From: Polyangiaceae bacterium | Lineage (GTDB): Bacteria; Myxococcota_A; Polyangia; Polyangiales; Polyangiaceae | DNA: 64,000 nucleotides | Assembly: GCA_033763455.1 (NCBI GenBank) | Contig: JANRKO010000008.1 | Location: 40,051-104,050, forward strand | Direction: 5' to 3' | Shown here: positions 48,328-58,090 of the stretch, in pieces | Numbering within the stretch: the stretch's first letter is position 1 | Layout of the letters: every line of letters begins with the position of its first letter | Notes under the pieces: model-generated | Told to the model about the DNA's origin: nothing | Databases searched by the model: none | The model's input: only the letters and a program-made list of their open reading frames with translations | Program-made: the position numbers and the translations under genes

Positions 48328-50055
48328 TTAGTCCGTGTTGGATAGCTCGGGGCGAGCCAACGCGGCGAAGATGCGGTCGAGTAGCTGCTTCCGGGTGAAA
48401 GGCTTCGCCAACACCTGCCCAAGGCTCATCTTGCCCTCTTGCAGCAGTGGCACATCCGCATAGCCAGACATAAACACGACGTGGACATCGGGTAAGATCT
48501 TCTTCACCTGCTCAGCCAATTCAAACCCACCCATCTTGGGCATCACCACATCAGTGACGAGCAGTTGAATGTTGCCGTTCGAAGCGCGTGCCATCGCCAT
48601 GGCGGCCTCGCCATTCGGCGCGGAGAGCACGGAAAACCCTGATTGACTTAGCACTCGAGCTCCGAGCTCACGCAATCCCGCGTCGTCCTCAACAAACAAC
48701 ACGGTGGCGTTCTTCGGAAATGGCACTGGGGTCGCGCGGTGCGGCGGGGCAGGATCGAGCTCAGCGTCCGTGTGCGGGAGGAGCACCCTCACGCGTGTGC
48801 CCACCCCTTCGTGGCTGTCCACTTCGATGGCGCCCCCGTTCTTGCGAACAATACCGTAGGAGGTGGCAAGGCCTAGGCCCGTTCCTGAACCAACTTCCTT
48901 GGTGGTAAAGAACGGCTCAAAGATGCGTTGGCGTTCTTCCTCATTCATGCCTTTGCCCGTGTCCTCTACGCTGAAGAAGGCAAATGGACCGGGGGGAAGG
49001 CCTACGGGTTCGTCACCATTCAAGGTTGTGATACCTGTGGAGATCGTAAGACTTCCGCCGTTGGGCATTGCATCCCGAGCATTTACGACGATATTGATGA
49101 GTACCTGAGATAGCTGCCCGGCATCCACCAAGCTCACCACGGGAGCCGGCCAGAGATCGATCGAAAATTCGATATTCTCCTCGATTACTCGCGCTAGGAT
49201 CCTGCGAGCATCGTTCACAAGCTGGTTTAGGTCCACAGCTTGTGGGAGGTGGGGTTGTTTGCGAGCAAAAGCTAGAAGCTGGCCCGTAAGATCGGCACAA
49301 CGGTGTACAGCTAGCTGAATAGCTTGCAGGCTTTCGCTAATGGGATCGGCTTTTGGTGTGGTCTCCTGGATCGCCTCTACATGGCCAAGGATTGCCGTTA
49401 ACAGATTGTTAAAGTCGTGGGCTACGCCGCCCGCGAGCCGCCCGATGCTATCGAGGCGGCGTGAACGGGAGAGCTCCTGCTCCAGCCGCACCCGTTCGGT
49501 AATATCCTGCGCCACGACCACGATGCCCGTGACTGCTCCCGAGGCGTCGATTTGCGGAAATTTCTCAGTCTGCACCCAACGTTTTTCCTTGCCAACGTGA
49601 ATCGGTTCCACGATGCCTCGCTTGGGCTGGCCTGAACGCATCACCTCGAGGTCGTCAGCGAAGTAGAGCGCCGCTTCGTCAGGGTACCAGCGCTCGGTGG
49701 GGGTGTTTTCCATTGCGGTGGGATCAACACCCAGGCTCTCGGCGACTGCTCGGTTCACCCGCAGGATTCGATTTTGGGTGTCCTTATAAAAAATGAAAGC
49801 AGGCAGTGCGTCTAAGATCAGCTGAAGGTCACGGCGCGCACTCGCCAAGGCTTCGCCCGGACCGTCACCGGCCTCTGATCCCGAACCTCTGCTGTGATCG
49901 ACTTCCAACGATCCCTCTTCTGGGAAACCATAACCTCCACCGCGTTCCCGGGCTACAGGCGGTCGCTCCTTCTGGCTTACCTTGAGGGCCAAGCTGCCGT
50001 GCCCTGAGGCCGGTTTGTTGTCGTTGGGCATACGCCTGGCTGGTTCGGTTTTCAC
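48328..50055 (-). CDS. Cytoplasmic PAS hybrid histidine kinase/receiver (CckA-like architecture)
   Basis: PAS/PAC (IFYKD...DITER), H-box [28 protein letters not shown], receiver LLVTDVVMP...KPF. Confidence 0.93.
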   Translation of the reverse strand: MKTEPARRMPNDNKPASGHGSLALKVSQKERPPVARERGGGYGFPEEGSLEVDHSRGSGSEAGDGPGEALASARRDLQLILDALPAFIFYKDTQNRILRVNRAVAESLGVDPTAMENTPTERWYPDEAALYFADDLEVMRSGQPKRGIVEPIHVGKEKRWVQTEKFPQIDASGAVTGIVVVAQDITERVRLEQELSRSRRLDSIGRLAGGVAHDFNNLLTAILGHVEAIQETTPKADPISESLQAIQLAVHRCADLTGQLLAFARKQPHLPQAVDLNQLVNDARRILARVIEENIEFSIDLWPAPVVSLVDAGQLSQVLINIVVNARDAMPNGGSLTISTGITTLNGDEPVGLPPGPFAFFSVEDTGKGMNEEERQRIFEPFFTTKEVGSGTGLGLATSYGIVRKNGGAIEVDSHEGVGTRVRVLLPHTDAELDPAPPHRATPVPFPKNATVLFVEDDAGLRELGARVLSQSGFSVLSAPNGEAAMAMARASNGNIQLLVTDVVMPKMGGFELAEQVKKILPDVHVVFMSGYADVPLLQEGKMSLGQVLAKPFTRKQLLDRIFAALARPELSNTD

Positions 50056-50062
50056 ATTGACC

Positions 50063-50998
50063 CTACCGCCTTGGTATCAGCAGCCGCGTGTCTAGATCTT
50101 GGTGAGGGGTTAACAGCGGTAGGCCCGTTGGGCCGCGCGGAACGTGGGCCATCCCCAACGCCCACCCCATGCTGTAGCGAGCGTTGATCTCGCTGAGGGC
50201 GTTCAAGGTTAACCCATTAGTATCTCGCCAAGCGAACGCATCGACCCCAAATGGGCCAAAGTAGCCGTGAGCAGCCAAGGCACTCGCCACTCGTTCCGCG
50301 GCGCCGAGTACGCGATTTAAGCCAAATTGCGCCACCTCCGCGGGCGTTGCCAGCGTTGAGCGTTGCCAGGATCGATAGGCGTCCACTTGTTGCACGCACA
50401 CGTGACCAATGCTCCACTGCCCAGTTTCGTTCACGTAGCCGTGAGCCGCGAACTCCCGTTCAATCGTCACCCAAGGTTCGGCCCACACGCCGCCGTGAGC
50501 TAGCGCCGCGGTGAGCCAGCGTTGATCGTCCGGTGAGAGCTGCTGCCGAATGCGGCGTTGCCCCTTGCCGGAGAATCCGAAGGGCTTCTTGAACAACCAA
50601 AGCGGCACGCTGTGCTCCTCAAGCGTTGAGCGGAGCTCGGCTTCGTCGACGATGTAGCGGGCCCCTCTAACCCCCGCGCCGAGAGGCAACCCAAACCTAC
50701 GATGGTTGGCTGCCTGTAGGATTTCGAGCGAAGGTGCCGCTTCCGGTGTGGCTCCTGCCGCGCGCAGCGCTCGAAGGGCACTTGGGGTTGGGCAAAATGC
50801 TCTACCTGGGGCTCCCAAAAGCCGCTCCGGGAGCGGTTGGTGGGGTGTGATCATGAGATCTTCGGGGCCAAGGAGTTGGGCCGCCACCGGCACAAACCGA
50901 TCGAGGTGTTGCTGAACTCGAGCCCCGACGTGCCACGCGCTTGGCCGCTCCAATTCGAGTTCAGCGGCCAGGTTCAGAACCCACGCTACGGCTGCCAC
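50063..50998 (-). CDS. ATP-grasp fold protein of unknown function
   Basis: WLFKKPFGFSGKG, AEPWV, GYFGPFGVDAF, SEINARYSMG ATP-grasp signatures. Confidence 0.72.
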   Translation of the reverse strand: MAAVAWVLNLAAELELERPSAWHVGARVQQHLDRFVPVAAQLLGPEDLMITPHQPLPERLLGAPGRAFCPTPSALRALRAAGATPEAAPSLEILQAANHRRFGLPLGAGVRGARYIVDEAELRSTLEEHSVPLWLFKKPFGFSGKGQRRIRQQLSPDDQRWLTAALAHGGVWAEPWVTIEREFAAHGYVNETGQWSIGHVCVQQVDAYRSWQRSTLATPAEVAQFGLNRVLGAAERVASALAAHGYFGPFGVDAFAWRDTNGLTLNALSEINARYSMGWALGMAHVPRGPTGLPLLTPHQDLDTRLLIPRR

Positions 50999-51774
50999 GC
51001 GCGCAACCGCTCCAAGAATTCAGGCCTCATGCCGGCACGTTCGCGCCGTTCTTGATTCCAGGCCTTTCCACGCATCAGAAGGGGAGTGAGCGGAGCTGGC
51101 AAAGTTGAGCACCAGGTTTCAAAATTCTGACCGCCTGTCCAGCGTTCGAACCAATATACTCCGAGGGCCACATGGGCCACTTCTTCATTCCCGATGGTTT
51201 GTTGTAAAGCTGCACCGGCGTGGTCACCCGCCTGCAGAAATTGCTCCGCAAAAACGCTTGCATGTTCGAGGTTCGCTCCTTCAAGCCCCATGCCCATCAG
51301 CGCCACGAACTGAACCTTTGTTTGACAGGAAGGCACTCGCTGCCAAAACCAATCGCGTACCTTGAAGTCGCCGAGCCGGTGGCCTAGAGCTTCAATGTGA
51401 GCACGGTAGAGGTGCATGTGGCGGACCTCATCCTGACACACGCGCAATAAGCCCTTTCGGAACTCAAGCTCGGCGTCGCTGAACGCTAAGATGGCCCACG
51501 CCATGAGTTCTGCCGCCTGAAGCTCGTGGTGAAAAAATGTGTGCAGAACCTTCGCGCGCGCACTCGGAGCCGAGAGGTTTTCCGGAACCCGAGCACCGAC
51601 CTCGGAGATCCTCAGCTCGGCGGGCCTGCCCGGGGCATTCAGGCGGCGAGGTGCGGTCTCACGAGCCCACGCGGCGGGGACGGGCCCAGGCGAAAGCTTG
51701 TAAGCTAAGCTTTCGGAAAGTACGTAACGCTCCGCCCAGGCTTCAACCGTGTCCGCGTTCGCCAACATTCCCAC
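50986..51774 (-). CDS. DUF455-family ferritin-like di-iron protein
   Basis: LHTFFHHELQA.EL, DEVRH, GLEGANL, EEVAHV..G..WF. Confidence 0.82.
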   Translation of the reverse strand: MGMLANADTVEAWAERYVLSESLAYKLSPGPVPAAWARETAPRRLNAPGRPAELRISEVGARVPENLSAPSARAKVLHTFFHHELQAAELMAWAILAFSDAELEFRKGLLRVCQDEVRHMHLYRAHIEALGHRLGDFKVRDWFWQRVPSCQTKVQFVALMGMGLEGANLEHASVFAEQFLQAGDHAGAALQQTIGNEEVAHVALGVYWFERWTGGQNFETWCSTLPAPLTPLLMRGKAWNQERRERAGMRPEFLERLRAWQP

Positions 51775-51783
51775 AAGCTAGCA

Positions 51784-52977
51784 ATGAAGTCCCGCAGCGT
51801 AACCCTTCCCGTGCAACTGCCGGTGCTCGATGCGCGTCAGCCGTCGGGTCCCTCCGGGCGGATGGTGTGTCCCCACCTCCCGCCGTGCCCTGGGTGTCCA
51901 CGTTTTGGCGAAAATTCCCTCCCAATAGGCTATGTGCGCGACATTCTGGAGCTCGCCGTGCGTGCGGGCATTGAAGCGGAGTGGGTTACCGGGGAACGCA
52001 CTGGGTTTCGGCGGCGGGCGCGCTTGGCGGTGCGCGGTCGGGTAGGGAGACCAAAGATCGGAATTTTCGAAGAAGGGACCCATAGGGTGGTGGATATTCC
52101 AAACTGCGTCATACACCACCCGGTTATCAACGAAGTGGCGCGGGCTCTCAAGCGCGGGATGGGCAAGCTTCAGCTCTCCTCTTACAGCGAAAACGCTGGG
52201 CTAGGCTTGGTGCGCGGCCTTCAGGTTGCTGTGGCCCAAAAGGACGACACAGCTCAGGTGGTGCTAATAGCGAACGACACCTCCATGGACTCCAGCCTTG
52301 AACTCCTCGGTTGCATGGCTCTGGAGCTTGGGCCAAGGCTTCAAGGGCTCTATTGGAACGGCAACGCGGAGAACTCGAATCGCGTATTGGGCGCTCACTT
52401 CAAACGCTTCGCGGGGGAGCCATTTTTGGTCGAAGAATTCGGCGGGGCTCAGGCATTTCTGGGGCCGGGGGCCTTTGGCCAGAACAACACAGAGCTTTTC
52501 TCCAAGCTAGTTGAAGGAGTTCACGGATGGGTGCCGTCCGGTGCCCGAGTAGTCGAATATTACGCAGGTGTGGGCACGTTAGGCCTCGGGCTGTTGGAGC
52601 ATGCAGCGAGTGTTTGCTTCAATGAGGTCGCAGAGGCATCTCTTGCCGGTCTCGCACGTGGCATCGAAGCTTTGCCGGAATTAGTACGTGCCCGAGCATC
52701 AGTCTTTCCAGGGCCTGCTGCGGCGCACGTCGCGCTTCTGGCTCAAGCGGATGTTGTAGTGGTGGATCCTCCACGCAAGGGGCTAGAGCCCGAGCTACTG
52801 AATGGGCTCGTGGCAAACCCACCTGAGCGCCTTATCTATGTGAGTTGCGGTTTTGAGTCCTTCAAGCGAGAGTGTGCGGAGCTATCCGCATCCTTTCGAC
52901 TTGCAGCGCTCCACGCGTACGATCTTTTCCCATACACGGAGCATGTGGAAACGGTTGCTCTCTTTGAGCGGCGGTAA
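51784..52977 (+). CDS. TrmA/RlmD-family RNA uracil-5 methyltransferase
   Basis: CPH...CPGC Fe-S motif, AFGQNN, YAGVG, DPPRKGL, YVSC, DLFPYTEHVE. Confidence 0.88.
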   Translation: MKSRSVTLPVQLPVLDARQPSGPSGRMVCPHLPPCPGCPRFGENSLPIGYVRDILELAVRAGIEAEWVTGERTGFRRRARLAVRGRVGRPKIGIFEEGTHRVVDIPNCVIHHPVINEVARALKRGMGKLQLSSYSENAGLGLVRGLQVAVAQKDDTAQVVLIANDTSMDSSLELLGCMALELGPRLQGLYWNGNAENSNRVLGAHFKRFAGEPFLVEEFGGAQAFLGPGAFGQNNTELFSKLVEGVHGWVPSGARVVEYYAGVGTLGLGLLEHAASVCFNEVAEASLAGLARGIEALPELVRARASVFPGPAAAHVALLAQADVVVVDPPRKGLEPELLNGLVANPPERLIYVSCGFESFKRECAELSASFRLAALHAYDLFPYTEHVETVALFERR

Positions 52978-52997
52978 GGTGCCGTACCTCGGGAAGC

Positions 52998-54488
52998 CTA
53001 ATACTTCCAGACTTTCAGCGTTTTATCCCCCGAGCTCGAAAGAAGCACCTGCTCATCTGCCGAGAAACTGAGCGCGTACACGTTAGCCGTGCCTAGGTGG
53101 CTTAGGGTTTGGGTAAGCCGCAGTTCATGAGTCTCCATGTTCTGGGAGAAAACACGGATCTTGCCGTCGTAAGATGAAGTGAACCACTGCCCGGTGGTTG
53201 CGTTGAAGCGCACGTGATCGATATTGTTGCCGAATTGGCTGAATTCTGCCCTCTCAGCCGGGTCGTCTACGCTCACTACTTGTAGGCGTTCCCCTCCCAC
53301 AGCAATCCAGCTTTCATCCGCTGAAAACGCCACGCTGTTCGCGTAGCGCGGCGCGGGCACCGAAAAGCGAGACACCTGGCGTTCAAGGTCGAAAACTTCC
53401 AAGCGGTCCGACGGGTAATAGGTAACGGCCAGGAGCTTTCCTGAGGTACTGAGCGCCCAGTCGTCCACGCGTTCCTCAAAGCTTGCAAGGAGCACGGGTG
53501 TCAAACGCGGGCTTTGGGGAGCGACGCGGTAAATTACCAGCTGGCTGGTCTGCGCTGGTATTTGCGAGGAAGCCGCGACGAGCAACTTCCGATCATTGGA
53601 AAGCTTTAAATGCTCTGTGGGCATGGGCGAAAGCTTTTCGAGTACGGCGCCCGTTTCTGCTTGGATTAGGCGCAGCCCCGCGTGAGTGCCGAGGAGGATA
53701 CTGGGGGGCTTTTCACCACACGGAGTGCACTCCTCAGGCCAGAAGATTGCGTCGAAGCCTTCGAAGGTCTTGACGTCAGGCAATACGGTTCGCGCCAGAA
53801 GCTTCCCTGTTTTAATGTTAAATAAGCGCAGGGTAACGTCCAATTCGCTGACGACAAAAGCAAATTGTGCATCACGCGAGAGCTCCGAAACGGAAAGGTG
53901 GCTCTGGTTTACGTAGATGGTCTTGTTAGCTCTCCAGGTTCGCGGCAAAGAAGCCGCACTTTGGAGCGCGTTTGGCTCCCTCAAGGCGGCGCCGCCCCTG
54001 TCGCGAGTTGCCCCGCCTTCAGCGCTGCCATTGTTCGCCCAAGGCCAGGGCTCAAGCGCACGAAAAGCGGCAGTTTTGAGCTCGTAGATGGTGTGCGAGG
54101 GAGCCAAGGGCGCGACACCTTCAGGTTTCGGTTGAAGGTTGGCCTTCTTAGGAAGCTGCGTTGGGGTGGCTTCGAACGGCGGCGCTGGGGCGCCCGCAGT
54201 AGGGTGCATGGGGACGATTGTGGTACTTGGGCCGCGAGCGACTGGCGCAACGTGCGGCGGCGCTTGCTCGGTTCGATGTCCGCAGGCAGCGATTGTTAAA
54301 GCTAGGGTGGCGCAGGTGCGAAAGGTCCAATTTTTAGGTGCGGGGTGGTACTGGAACAATTCTAGTTGTCTCAAAAGTGCAACTCCTTGGATGCTTCTGA
54401 CATGCCCACTCGGAGAAGTCACTCCCCGCGACAGCAGACGTGGCTGGTCTGCATTCAAGGTGTCGTGTATGCAACTTTCTGTGAACAC
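52998..54488 (-). CDS. WD40/beta-propeller repeat lipoprotein
   Basis: SVAFSADE, TSSYDGKIRVF, LSFSADE..LLSSSGDKTLKVW; IAAC lipobox; the true start is probably downstream of 54488. Confidence 0.75.
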   Translation of the reverse strand: MFTESCIHDTLNADQPRLLSRGVTSPSGHVRSIQGVALLRQLELFQYHPAPKNWTFRTCATLALTIAACGHRTEQAPPHVAPVARGPSTTIVPMHPTAGAPAPPFEATPTQLPKKANLQPKPEGVAPLAPSHTIYELKTAAFRALEPWPWANNGSAEGGATRDRGGAALREPNALQSAASLPRTWRANKTIYVNQSHLSVSELSRDAQFAFVVSELDVTLRLFNIKTGKLLARTVLPDVKTFEGFDAIFWPEECTPCGEKPPSILLGTHAGLRLIQAETGAVLEKLSPMPTEHLKLSNDRKLLVAASSQIPAQTSQLVIYRVAPQSPRLTPVLLASFEERVDDWALSTSGKLLAVTYYPSDRLEVFDLERQVSRFSVPAPRYANSVAFSADESWIAVGGERLQVVSVDDPAERAEFSQFGNNIDHVRFNATTGQWFTSSYDGKIRVFSQNMETHELRLTQTLSHLGTANVYALSFSADEQVLLSSSGDKTLKVWKY

Positions 54489-54837
54489 AATTCGCCGTGA
54501 TAATTCGGCGCGCGGAGCCAGTGTCTCAACGCGTCAGCAGGTTTTGGTGCTTTATCTGAGCCACCCGGCCTTAGATAGCCGAGTGGTCGCCTGGTCTTTC
54601 TACGACGGAACGGGCAAGTACCGTAGAGAGGCGTTTGGCCCTGAGCTTGAGCCGCCGTACGCGAACGGCATCCAGGCCTTGGAAGATGGCTGGCGGCTGA
54701 TCCAATACCCGAGGCTGGAAAACCCAGCGCCCGGTCGCGAGTACGAGGTCGGGTACTTCCAATCGGAATTCGTGTTCGAGAAGGTACTCGAAATGTCCGG
54801 AAGTGCTCAGCCAGCCGATTCAAGGGAGATAGCGTAA
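54469..54837 (+). CDS. Small hypothetical protein coupled to the PhyH dioxygenase
   Basis: RQQVLVLYL...LDS.VVAWS.YDGTG...PPY..G..ALEDGWRLIQ...EFVFEK; TAATG overlap with the next gene; start uncertain (54469 or 54481). Confidence 0.7.
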   Translation: MQLSVNTIRRDNSARGASVSTRQQVLVLYLSHPALDSRVVAWSFYDGTGKYRREAFGPELEPPYANGIQALEDGWRLIQYPRLENPAPGREYEVGYFQSEFVFEKVLEMSGSAQPADSREIA

Positions 54838-55637
54838 TGGTAGATCTTCGGCTCACCACGCCAGAAATGGCCGAGTTTGTAACTAACGGTTACGTTCGGT
54901 TGGACGAAGTAGTACCTGCCGATCTTTGTCAGCGCATGCTGGAAGAGATAGCGTCAGGGAGGTATTCCGGGGACATTTTCAACGGTACGGGCCAATTGTT
55001 GAGCGAGCAATGGGTGGGGTTGGGGATGCAGTCAGTGCTGCAAGTCCCCAGGGTTCGAGCAACCATCGAGAGCCTCGTCGGCCCCGATCCTCGCTTTGAT
55101 CACTATGCGGTTCACGTTTCGCCGGCGCAAAGCTTGAGGGGACAAGATGTCCATCAGGATGCCGAATACGACCTTCGGCGGCGCGCTTTCGATATTCAGG
55201 CATCATTCTTTTTTCACGATGTTCCTGCTGAAATGGGCGGCACCTTGTTGGTGCCGGGCACGCACTTCCGCCGTGTGCGGGAGAGCGCCATTAACCGCTA
55301 CCAAAACATTGTCGGCCAGGTTCAGACAGTATGCAAAGCGGGTACCGTAATTTTCTGGCACCACAACTTGTGGCACAGCGGCAGGGGCAACAGCACTGAT
55401 CGTGTGCGCTACATGTTCAAGGTACGAATGAATCCGCGCGTGAAGCAAGAGAAGCTATGGAATGTCACCGAGATGCCGCCGCGTGAGCTCAGAAGGTGCC
55501 TGGAAAAACATCACGCGTGGAGCGGCAATGATAGCCGCACCGAGATCTTGAATCGCATTCAAATGTGGCGTTTTCTCACCGGTGATCCAACGTACGATTG
55601 CTCATCATGGTGGAGCCGTATTGAAAATGAGCGTTGA
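54837..55637 (+). CDS. Phytanoyl-CoA dioxygenase (PhyH) family Fe(II)/2OG oxygenase
   Basis: F..NGYV, HQD, GGT..VPGTH, AGTV.FWH..LWH...N...R. Confidence 0.88.
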   Translation: MVDLRLTTPEMAEFVTNGYVRLDEVVPADLCQRMLEEIASGRYSGDIFNGTGQLLSEQWVGLGMQSVLQVPRVRATIESLVGPDPRFDHYAVHVSPAQSLRGQDVHQDAEYDLRRRAFDIQASFFFHDVPAEMGGTLLVPGTHFRRVRESAINRYQNIVGQVQTVCKAGTVIFWHHNLWHSGRGNSTDRVRYMFKVRMNPRVKQEKLWNVTEMPPRELRRCLEKHHAWSGNDSRTEILNRIQMWRFLTGDPTYDCSSWWSRIENER

Positions 55638-55643
55638 GTGCGC

Positions 55644-57179
55644 TTAGCTGTTAATGCCGAAAAATTCCTGAATAGCGGCCAGAATGCGGCCGCGTTCGCT
55701 CAGGAGGCGCCTCTTTTTGGCTTCAGCGTCTAGATTGTCGCGAGCGGATTCAAGCTCCACACGGCGCTGAGCCAAAGCCAGAGAAATTCCACTCGCGAGC
55801 TCCGGTCGTGAAGAGAGGAGATTTTGGAAGTCCGAACGATCGATGCGGAGGCAGACAACATCCCCGATGGCCGCCACCGTAGCTTCTCGCGCGGCTCCGG
55901 TCATCAGAGCCATCTCTCCGAAAAAATCCGGGGCCCTGAGTGTGGCCACGGCGAGTGTGCTCCCTTCGGTCGAGGTCACTCGAATCTCTACTTCACCCTC
56001 AGACAGAACGTAAAAACAATCCGCGTGTTCGCCCTGCACCGCTATGAATTCAAGAGGAGCAAAGCGTACCCGGCTTGCCAAACGAGCGAGTGAGCTGATT
56101 TCTTCGTCGGAAAGGCTAGCAAATACCGCGACCGCACGCAGCGTACGCTCGGCCTCGGATAGTGCGCGCGATTCCTTGCGTTGGGCTCTGCCCTGATTCT
56201 CCTCGGACAGGAAAATCGCGGACGCTGGAAGCGCGAGCGGTATGTTGGCGCGAGTGAGTGCGGCGAAAATGCGCTCGCGTACGTGGGAACTTACAGGATC
56301 TTCGCGTTCGAGATCGGTGAGCCAATAGCGGACAGTGTAGTAGCCGAAACTGTCGCGGTGCTCTTTGGCAAGGTCTGCGCAAATACAGTGGGCTGGAGGC
56401 GTAAGTGCCACCCCTTCGATAGGTGAAACAGACAGGGCCTGATCGACCACGTGAATCACTGTGCTTGGCGGAAAGCGGAAGTCCACGTTGAAGCTTACCA
56501 TCGCCCTGTGTTGTTGCGGGGAGCCGGCGCGCCTACCGAGCACTTTGATGGTTTGGTTGAGCAGCTGACCGTTGGGCACGATAAGCGTGTCCCAATCCCG
56601 TGTTTCAATCACCGTGTGGCGCCAGCGCACCTGTTTGACTTGGCCCTGCTGCTTATCTTCAAGTTCGATCCAGTCGCCCTCGTTGATGGAATCGTCCACC
56701 TGGAGCGCTAGCCCTCCGATCACGTTTCCCAGGGTGGATTGGAGCGAAAGACCGATCACGGCGGTCACCACAGCGCTTGTTGCCACGATACCGGTGAGGT
56801 TGAAGTCTGCGCGATGCAGAACCCAGAAGAGCGCCACGATGTATGCTCCCGCCACTGCGAGGTCGTGCAAGATGTTTGGGATCTTCAGGCGCAAAAGAGG
56901 CAACCCCATGTCGAACACGAGCACTGCCGTCAGATTGATGAGCAGCAGCAGCTCGGTGAACTCGGTTGCGATGAGAAGCCCATGCTGCCACCCTGCCGCA
57001 GTACCAAACGCGAGCAGTACCAGGCTCATGCCGAAGTAGATCACAAACAGGATCGCCGTCCTGCGCAGTTGTTTGCGGTTGGCTCTACCCGTCAGCGACG
57101 AGATCGTTGCTAGCGCGATGATCGCGAAGAAGATGGGAATGACGAGGCGCAGCCCAAACATGTCTCTAAGACATACCAA
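55644..57179 (-). CDS. MscS mechanosensitive channel with C-terminal cNMP-binding domain
   Basis: IGLSLQSTLGNVIGG, GDWI, WR.T, IVPN; cNMP QGE.AD.FY....G.V, FFGEMALMTG..R.ATV.A. Confidence 0.9.
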   Translation of the reverse strand: MVCLRDMFGLRLVIPIFFAIIALATISSLTGRANRKQLRRTAILFVIYFGMSLVLLAFGTAAGWQHGLLIATEFTELLLLINLTAVLVFDMGLPLLRLKIPNILHDLAVAGAYIVALFWVLHRADFNLTGIVATSAVVTAVIGLSLQSTLGNVIGGLALQVDDSINEGDWIELEDKQQGQVKQVRWRHTVIETRDWDTLIVPNGQLLNQTIKVLGRRAGSPQQHRAMVSFNVDFRFPPSTVIHVVDQALSVSPIEGVALTPPAHCICADLAKEHRDSFGYYTVRYWLTDLEREDPVSSHVRERIFAALTRANIPLALPASAIFLSEENQGRAQRKESRALSEAERTLRAVAVFASLSDEEISSLARLASRVRFAPLEFIAVQGEHADCFYVLSEGEVEIRVTSTEGSTLAVATLRAPDFFGEMALMTGAAREATVAAIGDVVCLRIDRSDFQNLLSSRPELASGISLALAQRRVELESARDNLDAEAKKRRLLSERGRILAAIQEFFGINS

Positions 57180-57394
57180 GCGGGCGCCACGTGCGGTGAG
57201 AGAAGCCCTTATCGAGCCGGAAGCACGCTGCGTCCGGGCGTTCGGCCCGTATCGATTTGCCTAATTTTCGCTAGGGAAGCGACCGTTAGATAGGGGGTCA
57301 CATAAAGCAGGAAGCCGTACTGGCGGTTGGTCGGTCGCATGGGGCGTCGCGATCCGCTGCGCGTTTCTGGCTGAATTCCTTTGGAGGTGGTACT

Positions 57395-58090
57395 TTGCTG
57401 TGTAGCGGTATGCGGGAACGAAGCAGCATAGAGGGCCCGTGGGCTATTGAACTCCTCCTCGCGGGCTGCTTGGTGCTGCACGCTGAGTGGGCGAGCGCAG
57501 CCTCCAGCCCTGATCAGGAGGCCGAGTCGGCGCCGGAGCCAACGCCGTTTACACTGAACCAGCCTGCCGCTGAAGCGCATGTCGCTTACGGCGCCTACAC
57601 CGGAGACGGGTTCGCCAACCCCTACGGTTTCGGGTTGGGGCTCCGCGCAGGAGTGACTTTACCCCAGAGCATCTACCTCGGAGGCATCTTCGAGTATTAC
57701 TTTGGCGGAAGCGACGAGCGCAGCAATGGTTTTTTCGAATCCATTCGCTCTTCGGCTAACTTCGTATTGCTTCAAGCAGAGCCCGGCTACGATTTCGCAT
57801 TCTCCGAAGATCTCGTACTCCGGCCGCAGCTTAACCTAGGCTTCGCTTACGCTCAGCGGGAAGATTGCATCGCCGATGTCTGCGATGAGCAGAGTGACGC
57901 GAATCTCGCGATGGCGCCAGCGGGTACGCTGCTCTTTCGGCAGGATAGTTATGTGCTTTACTTTGGTGTGCGCTACAGCGCCGTGGCCACCGCGAGTGAT
58001 CGGAGCTCGGGCGGAGGCTTTCTGTTAACGGCAGGGGTAGGGACCCCTCTTGAGCGGCTCGGAGTCCGTTTTTTCAAGGATCAGCCGTAA
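57395..58090 (+). CDS. Outer-membrane beta-barrel protein (OmpA-N-like)
   Basis: GGAGG RBS before TTG, signal peptide, amphipathic strands YGFGLGLRAG, YLGGIFEYYFG, EPGYDF. Confidence 0.7.
   Translation: MLCSGMRERSSIEGPWAIELLLAGCLVLHAEWASAASSPDQEAESAPEPTPFTLNQPAAEAHVAYGAYTGDGFANPYGFGLGLRAGVTLPQSIYLGGIFEYYFGGSDERSNGFFESIRSSANFVLLQAEPGYDFAFSEDLVLRPQLNLGFAYAQREDCIADVCDEQSDANLAMAPAGTLLFRQDSYVLYFGVRYSAVATASDRSSGGGFLLTAGVGTPLERLGVRFFKDQP

Noticed and set aside
54139..54468. N-terminal part of the 232-aa ORF
   Set aside because: Antisense to the WD40 lipoprotein's signal and linker region; only the part from about 54469 looks like a real protein.
57180..57394. Possible structured RNA between mscS and the beta-barrel gene
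   Set aside because: A GCGACCG/CGGTCGC stem exists but no known motif; consistent with chance in GC-rich DNA.
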